From a virus (Duplodnaviria > Caudoviricetes): 45,131 bases of DNA. The stretch covers positions 1 through 45,131 of the IMG/VR virus record IMGVR_UViG_3300048858_000066. One strand, written 5' to 3'. Positions within the stretch are counted from its first letter, which is position 1; each line of letters opens with the position of its first letter. Both the position numbers and the translations under genes were made by a program. The notes below the pieces were generated by a model. The model saw only the letters and a program-made list of their open reading frames with translations, searched no databases and had not been told where the DNA came from. Of the stretch, positions 7,825 through 15,368 are shown one piece after another.

Positions 7825-9423
7825 TCAAGAGGAACTGCAGATACTGCTTGCAGGTATGAACAAGGGCGCGAAGCTCAGGCCAGACACGACAAGGCCTTCG
7901 ACGAGAAGGCCTGGCGCGCAGTGGATCGCCGGCAGACGCAGGGAGAACCCCACTGCAGTCGTTCCCTTTAGCCGCAGCGCGGTCAGCACGTCTGGCCGCT
8001 CAACGTTGGGAATCACGCTGCCCACGAAATGCTTGTCCGCGAAAAGTAGGACAACCAGTTCCGAGTTCCGCCCGCTACGGTCGAGCGCCCAGCCGTCGAT
8101 CTGAACGCCCGAGCCATCGGCGGGAAGTGCACCGAACTGATCCAAGAAGCCTTGCAGCTCAGAGCTGCGAGTCAGCCCGGCAGCTTCGGCCAAGGCGTCG
8201 ACTGGCAGGGCCACGTCTTTCGAAGTGGAGCCGAGCCTCGCGCCTAATGCCGTAGGCTCTCGTAGGACGGCGCGCTCATACCGTTCCTGAACGTCAGAAT
8301 ATATGGCACCTCCCAGGAAAAGCCCGAGGAAGACGCAGACTACGGATGCTGCAACCCAAGGTGCGGCATTGTCGCAGGCCTGCTTGAGTCGGGCGTAAAG
8401 CCACAAATCAACCTTGCCGAGGAGAACAGAGCCAAAAAGGGAAGCTCCTATCACCGCAGACCAAGCCGACAGGCCGGAAATATTCTCGGGAAGCCGTGGA
8501 AGCAGGGCTAAAATGATTGGAACGTGGACAAGATAAAGGGCAAAGCTCCAGTCCCCCATTCGCACGAGAGTCGTCGATTCTTGGCGCAAAGAACGGCCGC
8601 TCTCCGCAGCGGCCACGGCGACGAGCAGCGCACATCCTCCGGCCATCGTCCATTGCTCGACGCTTCCAAGCGCACCGCTGAGGAGGATCAGCCCAGCTGA
8701 TGCCACGAGAGCACCTGGGCCTGGGCGGAAGCGCTGCACAATGAAGGGAACCAATAGGCCTAGAATGAAGCCTATGCATTTCTCGGAAGTCAGCAAGTAC
8801 GAGAGAGATGGCAATAGCCCAGAGGCGCTGTAATACTTCCATTCCGGCGCCAAAATCTTGGTCATAATGACAACCAGAAGCCATCCCATAGCAATAGCCG
8901 GCAGCCAGCGCCGCAACCCCAGAACTATAACCAGAAACACTGCCACATAGAACGAGATCTCAAACGTTAAAGTCCATTCTATAGCAAGCATGTATTGCCG
9001 GCCATCGCCTGGGATCAGACCGAATGCCCAGGGGTCAAAAGGGAAGTACGTCCCCCAGAGGCCGTATGCCAGCAGCACGGCGCAGGTCATAACCCAGTAG
9101 ATAGGGTAGATCCGGATGATGCGATGTAGAAGAAACCGGAATGGCTGCGTGCGCTGAGAGAGCTCCGCCATCAAATATCCGGAAATCACGAAGAATGATG
9201 TGACCCCGAACATCCCGAAATATCCGTTAAAGACCGCGAAGAGGGCGCCTTCGCCACGGATTTCCTTCACATAGTGCGACGCATGAAAGAGGAGCACGGC
9301 TACCGATGCCGCCGCACGAATGTACTGGATTTCAGAGATACGCCGCACGCCCACCGCGAGCGCTTTTGTGGAATCTGTGAATTGCATTTCGAGCTTGGTC
9401 TTCGTGAATAATGAACGCTTCAC
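7825..9423 (-). CDS. Acyltransferase family 3 (O-acetyltransferase) with C-terminal soluble domain; moron
   Basis: IQYIRAAASVAVLLFH, FFVISGYLM, RIIRIYP, WTLTFEISFY, GDWSFALYLVH; many TM segments; opposite strand and visibly lower GC; start uncertain. Confidence 0.9.
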   Translation of the reverse strand: MKRSLFTKTKLEMQFTDSTKALAVGVRRISEIQYIRAAASVAVLLFHASHYVKEIRGEGALFAVFNGYFGMFGVTSFFVISGYLMAELSQRTQPFRFLLHRIIRIYPIYWVMTCAVLLAYGLWGTYFPFDPWAFGLIPGDGRQYMLAIEWTLTFEISFYVAVFLVIVLGLRRWLPAIAMGWLLVVIMTKILAPEWKYYSASGLLPSLSYLLTSEKCIGFILGLLVPFIVQRFRPGPGALVASAGLILLSGALGSVEQWTMAGGCALLVAVAAAESGRSLRQESTTLVRMGDWSFALYLVHVPIILALLPRLPENISGLSAWSAVIGASLFGSVLLGKVDLWLYARLKQACDNAAPWVAASVVCVFLGLFLGGAIYSDVQERYERAVLREPTALGARLGSTSKDVALPVDALAEAAGLTRSSELQGFLDQFGALPADGSGVQIDGWALDRSGRNSELVVLLFADKHFVGSVIPNVERPDVLTALRLKGTTAVGFSLRLPAIHCAPGLLVEGLVVSGLSFAPLFIPASSICSSS

Positions 9424-9546
9424 GATACCACAGATCGCAGTCGTTACGCCCTAGGTGACGGCCGACGCGGTAGAGGCAAGCGATAACAAGCCATCAAACG
9501 ACCCTGTCCGACTAAGCACCTAGGATTTAATGTTTTCTGTTCAGGT

Positions 9547-9712
9547 GTAACCATCCTCACATGGTTACAACCATTCAACCATTCAACCTTGTAACTTTGT
9601 AACCAAATCCGCATACTTAAGGTGATCGGCCTGCCAACGCCAGCCTAGCCAAGCTGCACCGTTGCACGAACCATTCAACCATGGTTACAACCAACGCACC
9701 ATGTAACCAATT
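9547..9712. repeat. Centromere/operator-like AACCAT repeat arrays upstream of parA
   Basis: About 8-bp periodic AACCAT units in two clusters (9547-9606, 9669-9712), each containing ATGGTTACAACCA. Confidence 0.8.
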
Positions 9713-9718
9713 GGAGCG

Positions 9719-10369
9719 ATGGTGCAGACAATCGTTGTGGCAAGCCAGAAGGGTGGGGCGGGCAAGACGACGCTTACCAGCCATCTGGCCGTTGAAGCCG
9801 AGCGCCAGGGCGTCTCGCCCGTCGCGGTCATAGACACTGATCCACAGGCAGGCCTCTCCGGTTGGTTCCGGGTGAGGCAGCCAGAGACACCCGCCCTGGT
9901 CCAGGTCCTTCCAGAGGGTCTCAAGGCCACTCTGGACAAGCTGGCCGAAGGTGGCGTGCCCTTGTGCATCATCGACACCCCGCCGGCCATCACCGAGAGC
10001 ATCGCCAGCACAGTGGCTCTGGCCGACCTGGTGCTGATTCCTGCCCGCCCTTCCCCCAACGACCTGCGCGCCGTCGGCGCCACAGTCGACATCGTGGAGG
10101 AAGCTGGTAGGCCGATGGTGTTCGTGGTGAATCAGGCTGTGGCCCGGTCCAAGATCAAGACCGAGACCATCAAGGCTCTGAGCCAGCACGGCCCACTGGC
10201 ACCGGTGGAGATTCACCACCGCATCGACTTTGCCACCTCGATGACCGATGGGCGCACGGCCGGAGAACTGGACCTGAAGTCTGCCAGCGCCGTCGAGATC
10301 ACTGAACTCTGGACCTACATTGCTGACCGGCTTGCCCGGAGGAAACGCTATGGCATCGCCTCCCGCTAA
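9719..10369 (+). CDS. parA: ParA Walker-type partition ATPase (type Ib, no N-terminal HTH)
   Basis: SQKGGAGKTT, IDTDPQ, IIDTPP, ADLVLIPARPSPNDL. Confidence 0.95.
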   Translation: MVQTIVVASQKGGAGKTTLTSHLAVEAERQGVSPVAVIDTDPQAGLSGWFRVRQPETPALVQVLPEGLKATLDKLAEGGVPLCIIDTPPAITESIASTVALADLVLIPARPSPNDLRAVGATVDIVEEAGRPMVFVVNQAVARSKIKTETIKALSQHGPLAPVEIHHRIDFATSMTDGRTAGELDLKSASAVEITELWTYIADRLARRKRYGIASR

Positions 10370-10601
10370 AATTGACGCTTCCCTGCTGGTCCGGAAGACC
10401 GATCTTCCAGCCACTGTAGCGCCGCCCAAACCCGAAGCGCCGGTGACCCCTTCGGGCGCCCCAGTGCGCGAAGGCCTCACCATCCGCATTCTGGCTTCAG
10501 ACAGTGAGCGGCTTCGGACCCTGGCCTTCAAGACACGCCAGAAGAAGCAGGCCCTACTGGATGAAGCGATCCGCCAGTACCTCGACAAGATGGGCGTCTG
10601 A
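10350..10601 (+). CDS. Small centromere-binding partner of ParA (ParG-like ribbon-helix-helix)
   Basis: Disordered N-terminus then GLTIRI...ERLRTLAFKTRQKKQALLDEAIRQYL; overlaps parA; GGAGG RBS. Confidence 0.8.
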   Translation: MASPPAKIDASLLVRKTDLPATVAPPKPEAPVTPSGAPVREGLTIRILASDSERLRTLAFKTRQKKQALLDEAIRQYLDKMGV

Positions 10602-10680
10602 ACCAATGCACCATGGTTGGTTGTAACCAACCATGTAACCACGCAACCATGCAACCATACATGGTTGTACGGTTGTAACT
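10601..10680. repeat. Centromere-like AACCA(T) array downstream of the par operon
   Basis: Multiple AACCA/TGGTT units including palindrome ATGGTTGGTT-GT-AACCAACCAT (10613-10634). Confidence 0.8.
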
Positions 10681-10898
10681 GCTAAATAGCTGAATTTATT
10701 GGCTTGTCATCAGAAGCGTGGCCGGGAATCATATTGCCCGGTCATGCAATCATGCAGGCCGGAATCGAGAAGGGGCCGCCCAGCAGACCAGCCAGAACGA
10801 CCCCTTCCCTCGACCAATGCCGAAGCATCTTGGCCGGCGTGAGAACCCCAAGATAGGACGGCGCTTCGAGCACCGCAAGATTCGCGGACGGGAGAACT

Positions 10899-11474
10899 GT
10901 GCCCTGTTGGCGGCCCAGGAGCATGGGCATGCCTGCCTCACCACGCCCGGCGCGTGCCGGGTCTGTGCGCATTGCCGCTTGGCAGCGCCAGCGCCTCGGC
11001 GACGCTGATCGCCGCCGCATCATGGAAGCCGCGCGCCGCCTGGAGCGGCGCAGCCACCAGCCTGGGATGCACGGGGGGGCTCTGCGCCGCACCGGCATCC
11101 TGGTGCTCTGGGCGCTGCTCTACCGCGGCCCGTCCCGACATGGCGTCTGTGACCCCAGCATCAGCCAGCTCGCCGCCTGGTCCGGCTGCGCCCGCTCCAC
11201 CGTGCAGCTCGCCCTGCAGCGCATCGAGGCCGCTGGCATCATGGGCCATGTGCGGCGCGGCCTGGTGGTGGCCGGCCGCTGGTGCCAGTGGACCTCGGCC
11301 TATCTCTTCGCCAGCCCGGCGCAGTGGGCTGGAAGCGATACCGAGGCTCGGTCAGCCGAAGTCTCTCTAGTGAAAAAGAAAGCTCAGGAAGGGAGAAGGG
11401 AAGGGGATGGCAGCGCCCTGCCGACGGCCGAGCGCCAAGCGCTGGCGGCGAAATGGGGGCTGGCGATGGCCTAG
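10899..11474 (+). CDS. Putative plasmid replication initiator (small wHTH RepA type)
   Basis: GILVLWALL...CDPSISQLAAWSGCARSTVQLALQRIEAAGIMGHVRR...QWTSAYLF; next to par locus; start uncertain (10899/10923). Confidence 0.7.
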   Translation: MPCWRPRSMGMPASPRPARAGSVRIAAWQRQRLGDADRRRIMEAARRLERRSHQPGMHGGALRRTGILVLWALLYRGPSRHGVCDPSISQLAAWSGCARSTVQLALQRIEAAGIMGHVRRGLVVAGRWCQWTSAYLFASPAQWAGSDTEARSAEVSLVKKKAQEGRREGDGSALPTAERQALAAKWGLAMA

Positions 11475-11582
11475 CCGCACCGTATGGTCGCCGCCGGAAC
11501 GAGACGCCAATGTGGCAAGCCCTGCCAACAGCCGGGCAGGGGCACGATAACTGGAGCTTATCGTGTGGCGAGCGCAGAAATC

Positions 11583-11641
11583 ATACACATGCATACGCAT
11601 TACCGCTTGCTGTCCGATCCGTTCATGTGTATAAATACACA
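11583..11641. promoter_or_regulatory. Putative HicB operator palindromes
   Basis: TGTGTAT-AA-ATACACA (11626-11641) and ATACACAT (11583-11590) just upstream of hicA. Confidence 0.65.
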
Positions 11642-11661
11642 CATCAACAGGAACGGAGGGC

Positions 11662-11862
11662 ATGGGCAAAACAGTCAGCAGCCGCGAGGTCATCAAGGCC
11701 ATCGAGGCAGACGGGTGGTACGAGGTGGGACAGGACGGCAGCCACAAGCAATTCCGCCACCCCACCAAAAAGGGCCGCACCACGGTCCCCCACCCGAAAA
11801 AAGAACTGGCGATCGGCACGCTGAAAAGCATCGAACGCCAGTCGGGTGTGAAGCTCCGGTGA
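11662..11862 (+). CDS. hicA: HicA mRNA interferase toxin
   Basis: SREVIKAIEADGWYEV...GSHKQFRHPTKKGRTTVPHP..L.IGTLKSI. Confidence 0.96.
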   Translation: MGKTVSSREVIKAIEADGWYEVGQDGSHKQFRHPTKKGRTTVPHPKKELAIGTLKSIERQSGVKLR

Positions 11863-11917
11863 AAACCGGGGCTTCCGCCTCATTCGCTGAAGCGCCCAGG
11901 CCCGAACATGAGAGGGT

Positions 11918-12328
11918 ATGACAATGGCTGTGCGGTATTATCCCGCCATCGTGGAGCAGGCTGGCGGCAACTTCTCCGCCTTCTTTCCCGACTTCGACGG
12001 CTGCGTCTCGGCCGGCGATACCGTGGAAGAGACGGCCGCCAATGCCGAGGCGGCGCTGGCCTTCCACATCCGTGGCATGATTGAGGATGGCGAAACCATC
12101 CCCATGCCGACGCCGCTGGAGCAACTGGCGAAGGACCCGGAGGTGGAGGAGTTCGCCCGCATCCTGGTGCGCGCGGAGCTGCCCGGCAAAGCGGTGCGGC
12201 TCAACATCACCATGGAGGAGGGTCTGCTCTCCGCCGTGGACGCTGCGGCCAAGAGCCAGGGCAAGAACCGCTCTGCCTTTCTGGCCGATGCCGTGCGTGA
12301 GGCGCTGCGTGCGGAGCGCGAGGCGTAG
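11918..12328 (+). CDS. hicB: HicB antitoxin with C-terminal RHH
   Basis: YPAIVE...FPDFDGCVSAGDTVEE...AALAFHI...VRLNITM...NRSAFLA. Confidence 0.95.
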   Translation: MTMAVRYYPAIVEQAGGNFSAFFPDFDGCVSAGDTVEETAANAEAALAFHIRGMIEDGETIPMPTPLEQLAKDPEVEEFARILVRAELPGKAVRLNITMEEGLLSAVDAAAKSQGKNRSAFLADAVREALRAEREA

Positions 12329-12376
12329 AACCACGCCGGCAGGCGGCCCACCCTGGATTGCAACCCCAAGGTGCTT

Positions 12377-12391
12377 GTTCTTGTTGTGTTC
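12377..12391 (+). promoter_or_regulatory. Alphaproteobacterial LexA (SOS) box
   Basis: GTTC-TTGTTGT-GTTC, exact GTTC-N7-GTTC, upstream of orf-umuD-umuC. Confidence 0.85.
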
Positions 12392-12461
12392 ACGGTGTTA
12401 GCGTAGAGAACCCCCAAGGTCACGGTTCCCCCGCCGTGACCGCTCTTCGCCTGAGGTTCCG

Positions 12462-12812
12462 ATGAACAAGAAGTCCCGGCCGTCCGCCCCCGCCCCGCGC
12501 CGCGCTCCTGACCCCCGCAAGGCGGCGCTGAGCCGCGTGGCGGAGCTGGTCGGCCGGGGACACGACGCCGGACGGCTCCAGCGTGAGACCGAGGCGATGA
12601 TCAGCGCGCTCCGCGCCGACATGGCGCCCGAGGATCTGCGCGAGGTGCTGGATGAGGTGCGCGAGGAACTGGCCACCGGAGTCGAGGCGGTCGAGGAGCA
12701 GGCCAGCGAGATCGAGGCCGAGGACAAGGCCGGTCAGCGCCAGGCGCAGCGTCTGGTGAGCGCGCTGGCGGCGGCGCGAGACACCTTCGGGCGGGCCGCC
12801 CTGTCGCTTTGA
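12462..12812 (+). CDS. SOS-regulated hypothetical helical protein
   Basis: 116 aa, GAGG RBS, first gene after the LexA box. Confidence 0.75.
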   Translation: MNKKSRPSAPAPRRAPDPRKAALSRVAELVGRGHDAGRLQRETEAMISALRADMAPEDLREVLDEVREELATGVEAVEEQASEIEAEDKAGQRQAQRLVSALAAARDTFGRAALSL

Positions 12813-12833
12813 TCCTCCCGCCCCAGACCGGCC

Positions 12834-13241
12834 ATGGCCCCGCCCCGCTATCCCGACCAGCCGGAGGAGCCCGCCTACAGCGGCGGCGAAACCACCGGCT
12901 TTGTGTCGCCGGCCGCCGACCATCTGGAAGGCCCCATCGACCTTTCTGATGTGCTGGATCTGCGCAAGCCCAACCGCTACCCGGTGCGGGTGCTGGGCGA
13001 GGCGCTGACCCGGCGCGGCATCCTGCCGGGCGATGTCCTGATTGTCGATGCCGCGGCCGAGCCACGCACGGGGGCGGTGGCCATCGTCATGCTGGGCGGC
13101 GAGGTGCTGCTGGCCCAGCTGGCCTGGAAGAACGGGCAATGGTGGCTGCGCTCCGGCCGCGCCGAGCAGCCGCCGGTGATGCTGGCGGAAGAGGCCGAGA
13201 TCTGGGCCATGGTCGCGGCCCTGGTGCGCGAGCGGGTGTGA
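12834..13241 (+). CDS. umuD: UmuD/LexA S24-like protein, apparently catalytically inactive
   Basis: GFVSPAADHLEGPIDL, VRVLGEAL..GILPGDVLIVD, VLLAQL, EIWAMV; directly upstream of umuC. Confidence 0.85.
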   Translation: MAPPRYPDQPEEPAYSGGETTGFVSPAADHLEGPIDLSDVLDLRKPNRYPVRVLGEALTRRGILPGDVLIVDAAAEPRTGAVAIVMLGGEVLLAQLAWKNGQWWLRSGRAEQPPVMLAEEAEIWAMVAALVRERV

Positions 13242-13242
13242 G

Positions 13243-14502
13243 ATGCCTGCCGTCTATGGCCTAATCGACGGCAACAGCTTCTACTGTTCCGCCGAGCGGG
13301 CCTTCGCGCCGGCGTTGCGCGACAAGCCGGTGGTGGTGCTGTCGAACAATGACGGCTGCGCCATCGCCCGCACGCCGGAGGCCAAAGCCCTCGGTATCAA
13401 GATGGGCGATCCCTGGCATCTGGTGCGCGGCCGCCGCGAGTTGCGTGGCGTCGAGTGGCTGAGCAGCAACTACAGCCTGTATGGCGATATGAGCCGCCGG
13501 GTGTATCAGGTGCTGGCCGAGCGGGTGCCGCGCGTCGAGCCCTACAGTATCGATGAGATGTTCCTGGATCTCGACATCCCGGTCGAGCTGCACGCCTTCT
13601 GCGCAGCGCTGCGGGCGGAGGTGCGGCAGGTGGCGAAGATCCCCACCTGCGTCGGCTGGGGCCCGACGAAGACCATCGCGAAGTTGGCCAATGGCATCGC
13701 CAAGGACCACGCTGAGCTGGGCGGGCTGTGCGATTTGCGCGAGTCGGAGGAGCGGGCAGGGTGGTACGCCCGCTTGCCGGTGGATGAGGTCTGGGGCATC
13801 GGCCGCCGCACCACGGAGAAGCTGCGCGCCGGCGGCATCGAGACCATCGCCGACTTCCTGGCGCTCGATGCCCGGGCTGTGCGCCAGCATCTGACGGTGG
13901 TGGGCGCCCGGGTGCAGGCGGAGCTGCGCGGCATCTCCTGCCTGCCGCTGCAGATGCTGGCGGCGACCCGCAAGGGGCTGGCCTGCACCCGGGCCTTCTC
14001 GCGGCCGGTGACCGCTTGGCCAGACATGCGGGAAGCCGTGGCAGCCTATGCCGCACGGGCGGCCGAGAAGCTGCGCGCGGAACGGTTGGAGGCCTGCCAC
14101 CTCTCAGTGTTCCTGCATACCAACCCGCACGAGCAGGCGCCGCAGTATTCCGCCAGCCGCGCCTGCCGCATCGAGCCGACCAGCGACACGCGTGACCTGA
14201 TTACGGAGGCGGTGCGGCTGCTGGAGCCGCTGTGGCGCGACGGCTTCCGCTACGCCAAGTGCGGCGTCATCCTCAATGACCTGGTGCCCGCCGGGGAGCA
14301 GGCGAGGCTCTTCGCGAGACGCAGTCCGCAAGCCTCGGCAAAGACCATGGCGGTGCTGGACGCCATCAATAGGAGCCACGGGCGCGGCACGCTGCAGGTG
14401 GCCAGCACCGGCATCGCCCGCAGTTGGGCCACCAAGGCGCAGAGACTGTCACCACGCTACACCACGAGGCTGGAGGATATTTTGGCGGTGCGCGCGTTCT
14501 AA
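13243..14502 (+). CDS. umuC: Y-family DNA polymerase V catalytic subunit
   Basis: LIDGNSFYCSAE, VVVLSNNDGC, SSNYSLYGDMS, YSIDEMF, SPRYTT. Confidence 0.96.
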   Translation: MPAVYGLIDGNSFYCSAERAFAPALRDKPVVVLSNNDGCAIARTPEAKALGIKMGDPWHLVRGRRELRGVEWLSSNYSLYGDMSRRVYQVLAERVPRVEPYSIDEMFLDLDIPVELHAFCAALRAEVRQVAKIPTCVGWGPTKTIAKLANGIAKDHAELGGLCDLRESEERAGWYARLPVDEVWGIGRRTTEKLRAGGIETIADFLALDARAVRQHLTVVGARVQAELRGISCLPLQMLAATRKGLACTRAFSRPVTAWPDMREAVAAYAARAAEKLRAERLEACHLSVFLHTNPHEQAPQYSASRACRIEPTSDTRDLITEAVRLLEPLWRDGFRYAKCGVILNDLVPAGEQARLFARRSPQASAKTMAVLDAINRSHGRGTLQVASTGIARSWATKAQRLSPRYTTRLEDILAVRAF

Positions 14503-14796
14503 ACCCCTGCGGCGCGCAACATCCTCTTGAGCTTAGTACGCCGCTGGGCCTGCCTCTGGCGCTTAGGTCGCCAAGAATTGGTCGAGACATAGAAGGTCCG
14601 CCCACAGCAGCGAGAATCTTCGCCTAAGGCCTTGATAGGGCCTGTACTCGATAAATTTTTTCAGGGGTGTGACATGGCCTGCGCAGGGCTGTGGAGAACC
14701 CGAAAAAATCGGCCTCTAGCCGTCGTTTCTGAATGGTGGAGGAAAGGGCCAGACCCCCAACCACGGGGGTTACGGCCGCATCCCATCCCTAAATCC

Positions 14797-14895
14797 GGTG
14801 TTGCTGGGCGCGCGGCCGCCACCCTACGTAATAGCTACGGGCGCCGCATGATTCGGAACTGTTCCGACCCAGCAGCGCCCGCTCTCCACAGGAGA
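14797..14895 (+). ncRNA. Candidate structured RNA (three-way junction plus SD-sequestering hairpin)
   Basis: 12-bp closing stem GGUGUUGCUGGG/CCCAGCAGCGCC with two G-U pairs enclosing two hairpins; then UCUCC-ACA-GGAGA. Confidence 0.5.
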
Positions 14896-14899
14896 AGCT

Positions 14900-14989
14900 A
14901 TGAGACTGAAGCTGGAGGTTGAGTTCAATCCTCAAACCCCTGCCATTATCACCGCTCTGGTCCATCTGATCATCGCCATCTGGCGCTAA
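14900..14989 (+). CDS. 29-aa hydrophobic peptide, type I toxin-like (below ORF-track cutoff)
   Basis: AGGAG RBS; MRLKLEVEFNPQTPAIITALVHLIIAIWR. Confidence 0.55.
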   Translation: MRLKLEVEFNPQTPAIITALVHLIIAIWR

Positions 14990-15054
14990 TCCGATCTCAT
15001 CAGGTCCGGGTACCAATCGACCCTGATGCAGAGCTTTCCGTCAACCTCACTCGC

Positions 15055-15080
15055 GAAGGCGGCCCGAAGGGGCCGCCTTC
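15055..15080. terminator. Strong GC hairpin between convergent transcription units
   Basis: GAAGGCGGCCC-GAAG-GGGCCGCCTTC, perfect 11-bp stem; no U tract on either side. Confidence 0.5.
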
Positions 15081-15179
15081 AGCATGTCGGACACTAGTGG
15101 TACCGATCGGCGGTATCAAGATTAGATCGGGTCCGGTTGGATCCAGGTCAGTCCTAGGCCGTTTCGGCCGCGCGACACG

Positions 15180-15368
15180 TCACCACCCGCACAGTCGTGA
15201 CCCTGTTTCGTTATGGGTCAGAATCTCTTTGGCGGTGCCGCCCGTCAGCTGGTCTGTGCGGCTGATCAGAATCGGCCGCCATGGGCCGCAGACATCAATC
15301 CCGGCTCCACCGCTCGCGCAACCGGCCAGCAGGGTCAGGCTCGCGAGCCACATCGCGCTCCACCGCAT
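15180..15368 (-). CDS. o-spanin-like lipoprotein (Rz1-like)
   Basis: Lipobox LLAGC after short signal; overlaps the i-spanin 3' end. Confidence 0.75.
   Translation of the reverse strand: MRWSAMWLASLTLLAGCASGGAGIDVCGPWRPILISRTDQLTGGTAKEILTHNETGSRLCGW

Noticed and set aside
10613-10634. 22-bp palindrome as an N15-like telRL site (linear prophage)
   Set aside because: It is built from the par-array repeat units, and no protelomerase gene is recognisable.
9547-10680. Repeat arrays as CRISPR or mini-array
   Set aside because: Units are 6-8 bp with no unique spacers, and there are no cas genes.
10841-12420. Recurring GAGAACCCC(C)AAG motif (10841, 12406; partial at 12362)
   Set aside because: Few, short, inexact copies and not a GAAC-N7-GAAC box; cannot be separated from chance.
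14797-14879. Structure as tRNA or canonical C4 RNA
   Set aside because: Only two internal arms, no T-loop or anticodon signature, and arm order and sequence do not match C4 as I recall it; kept as an unclassified RNA.
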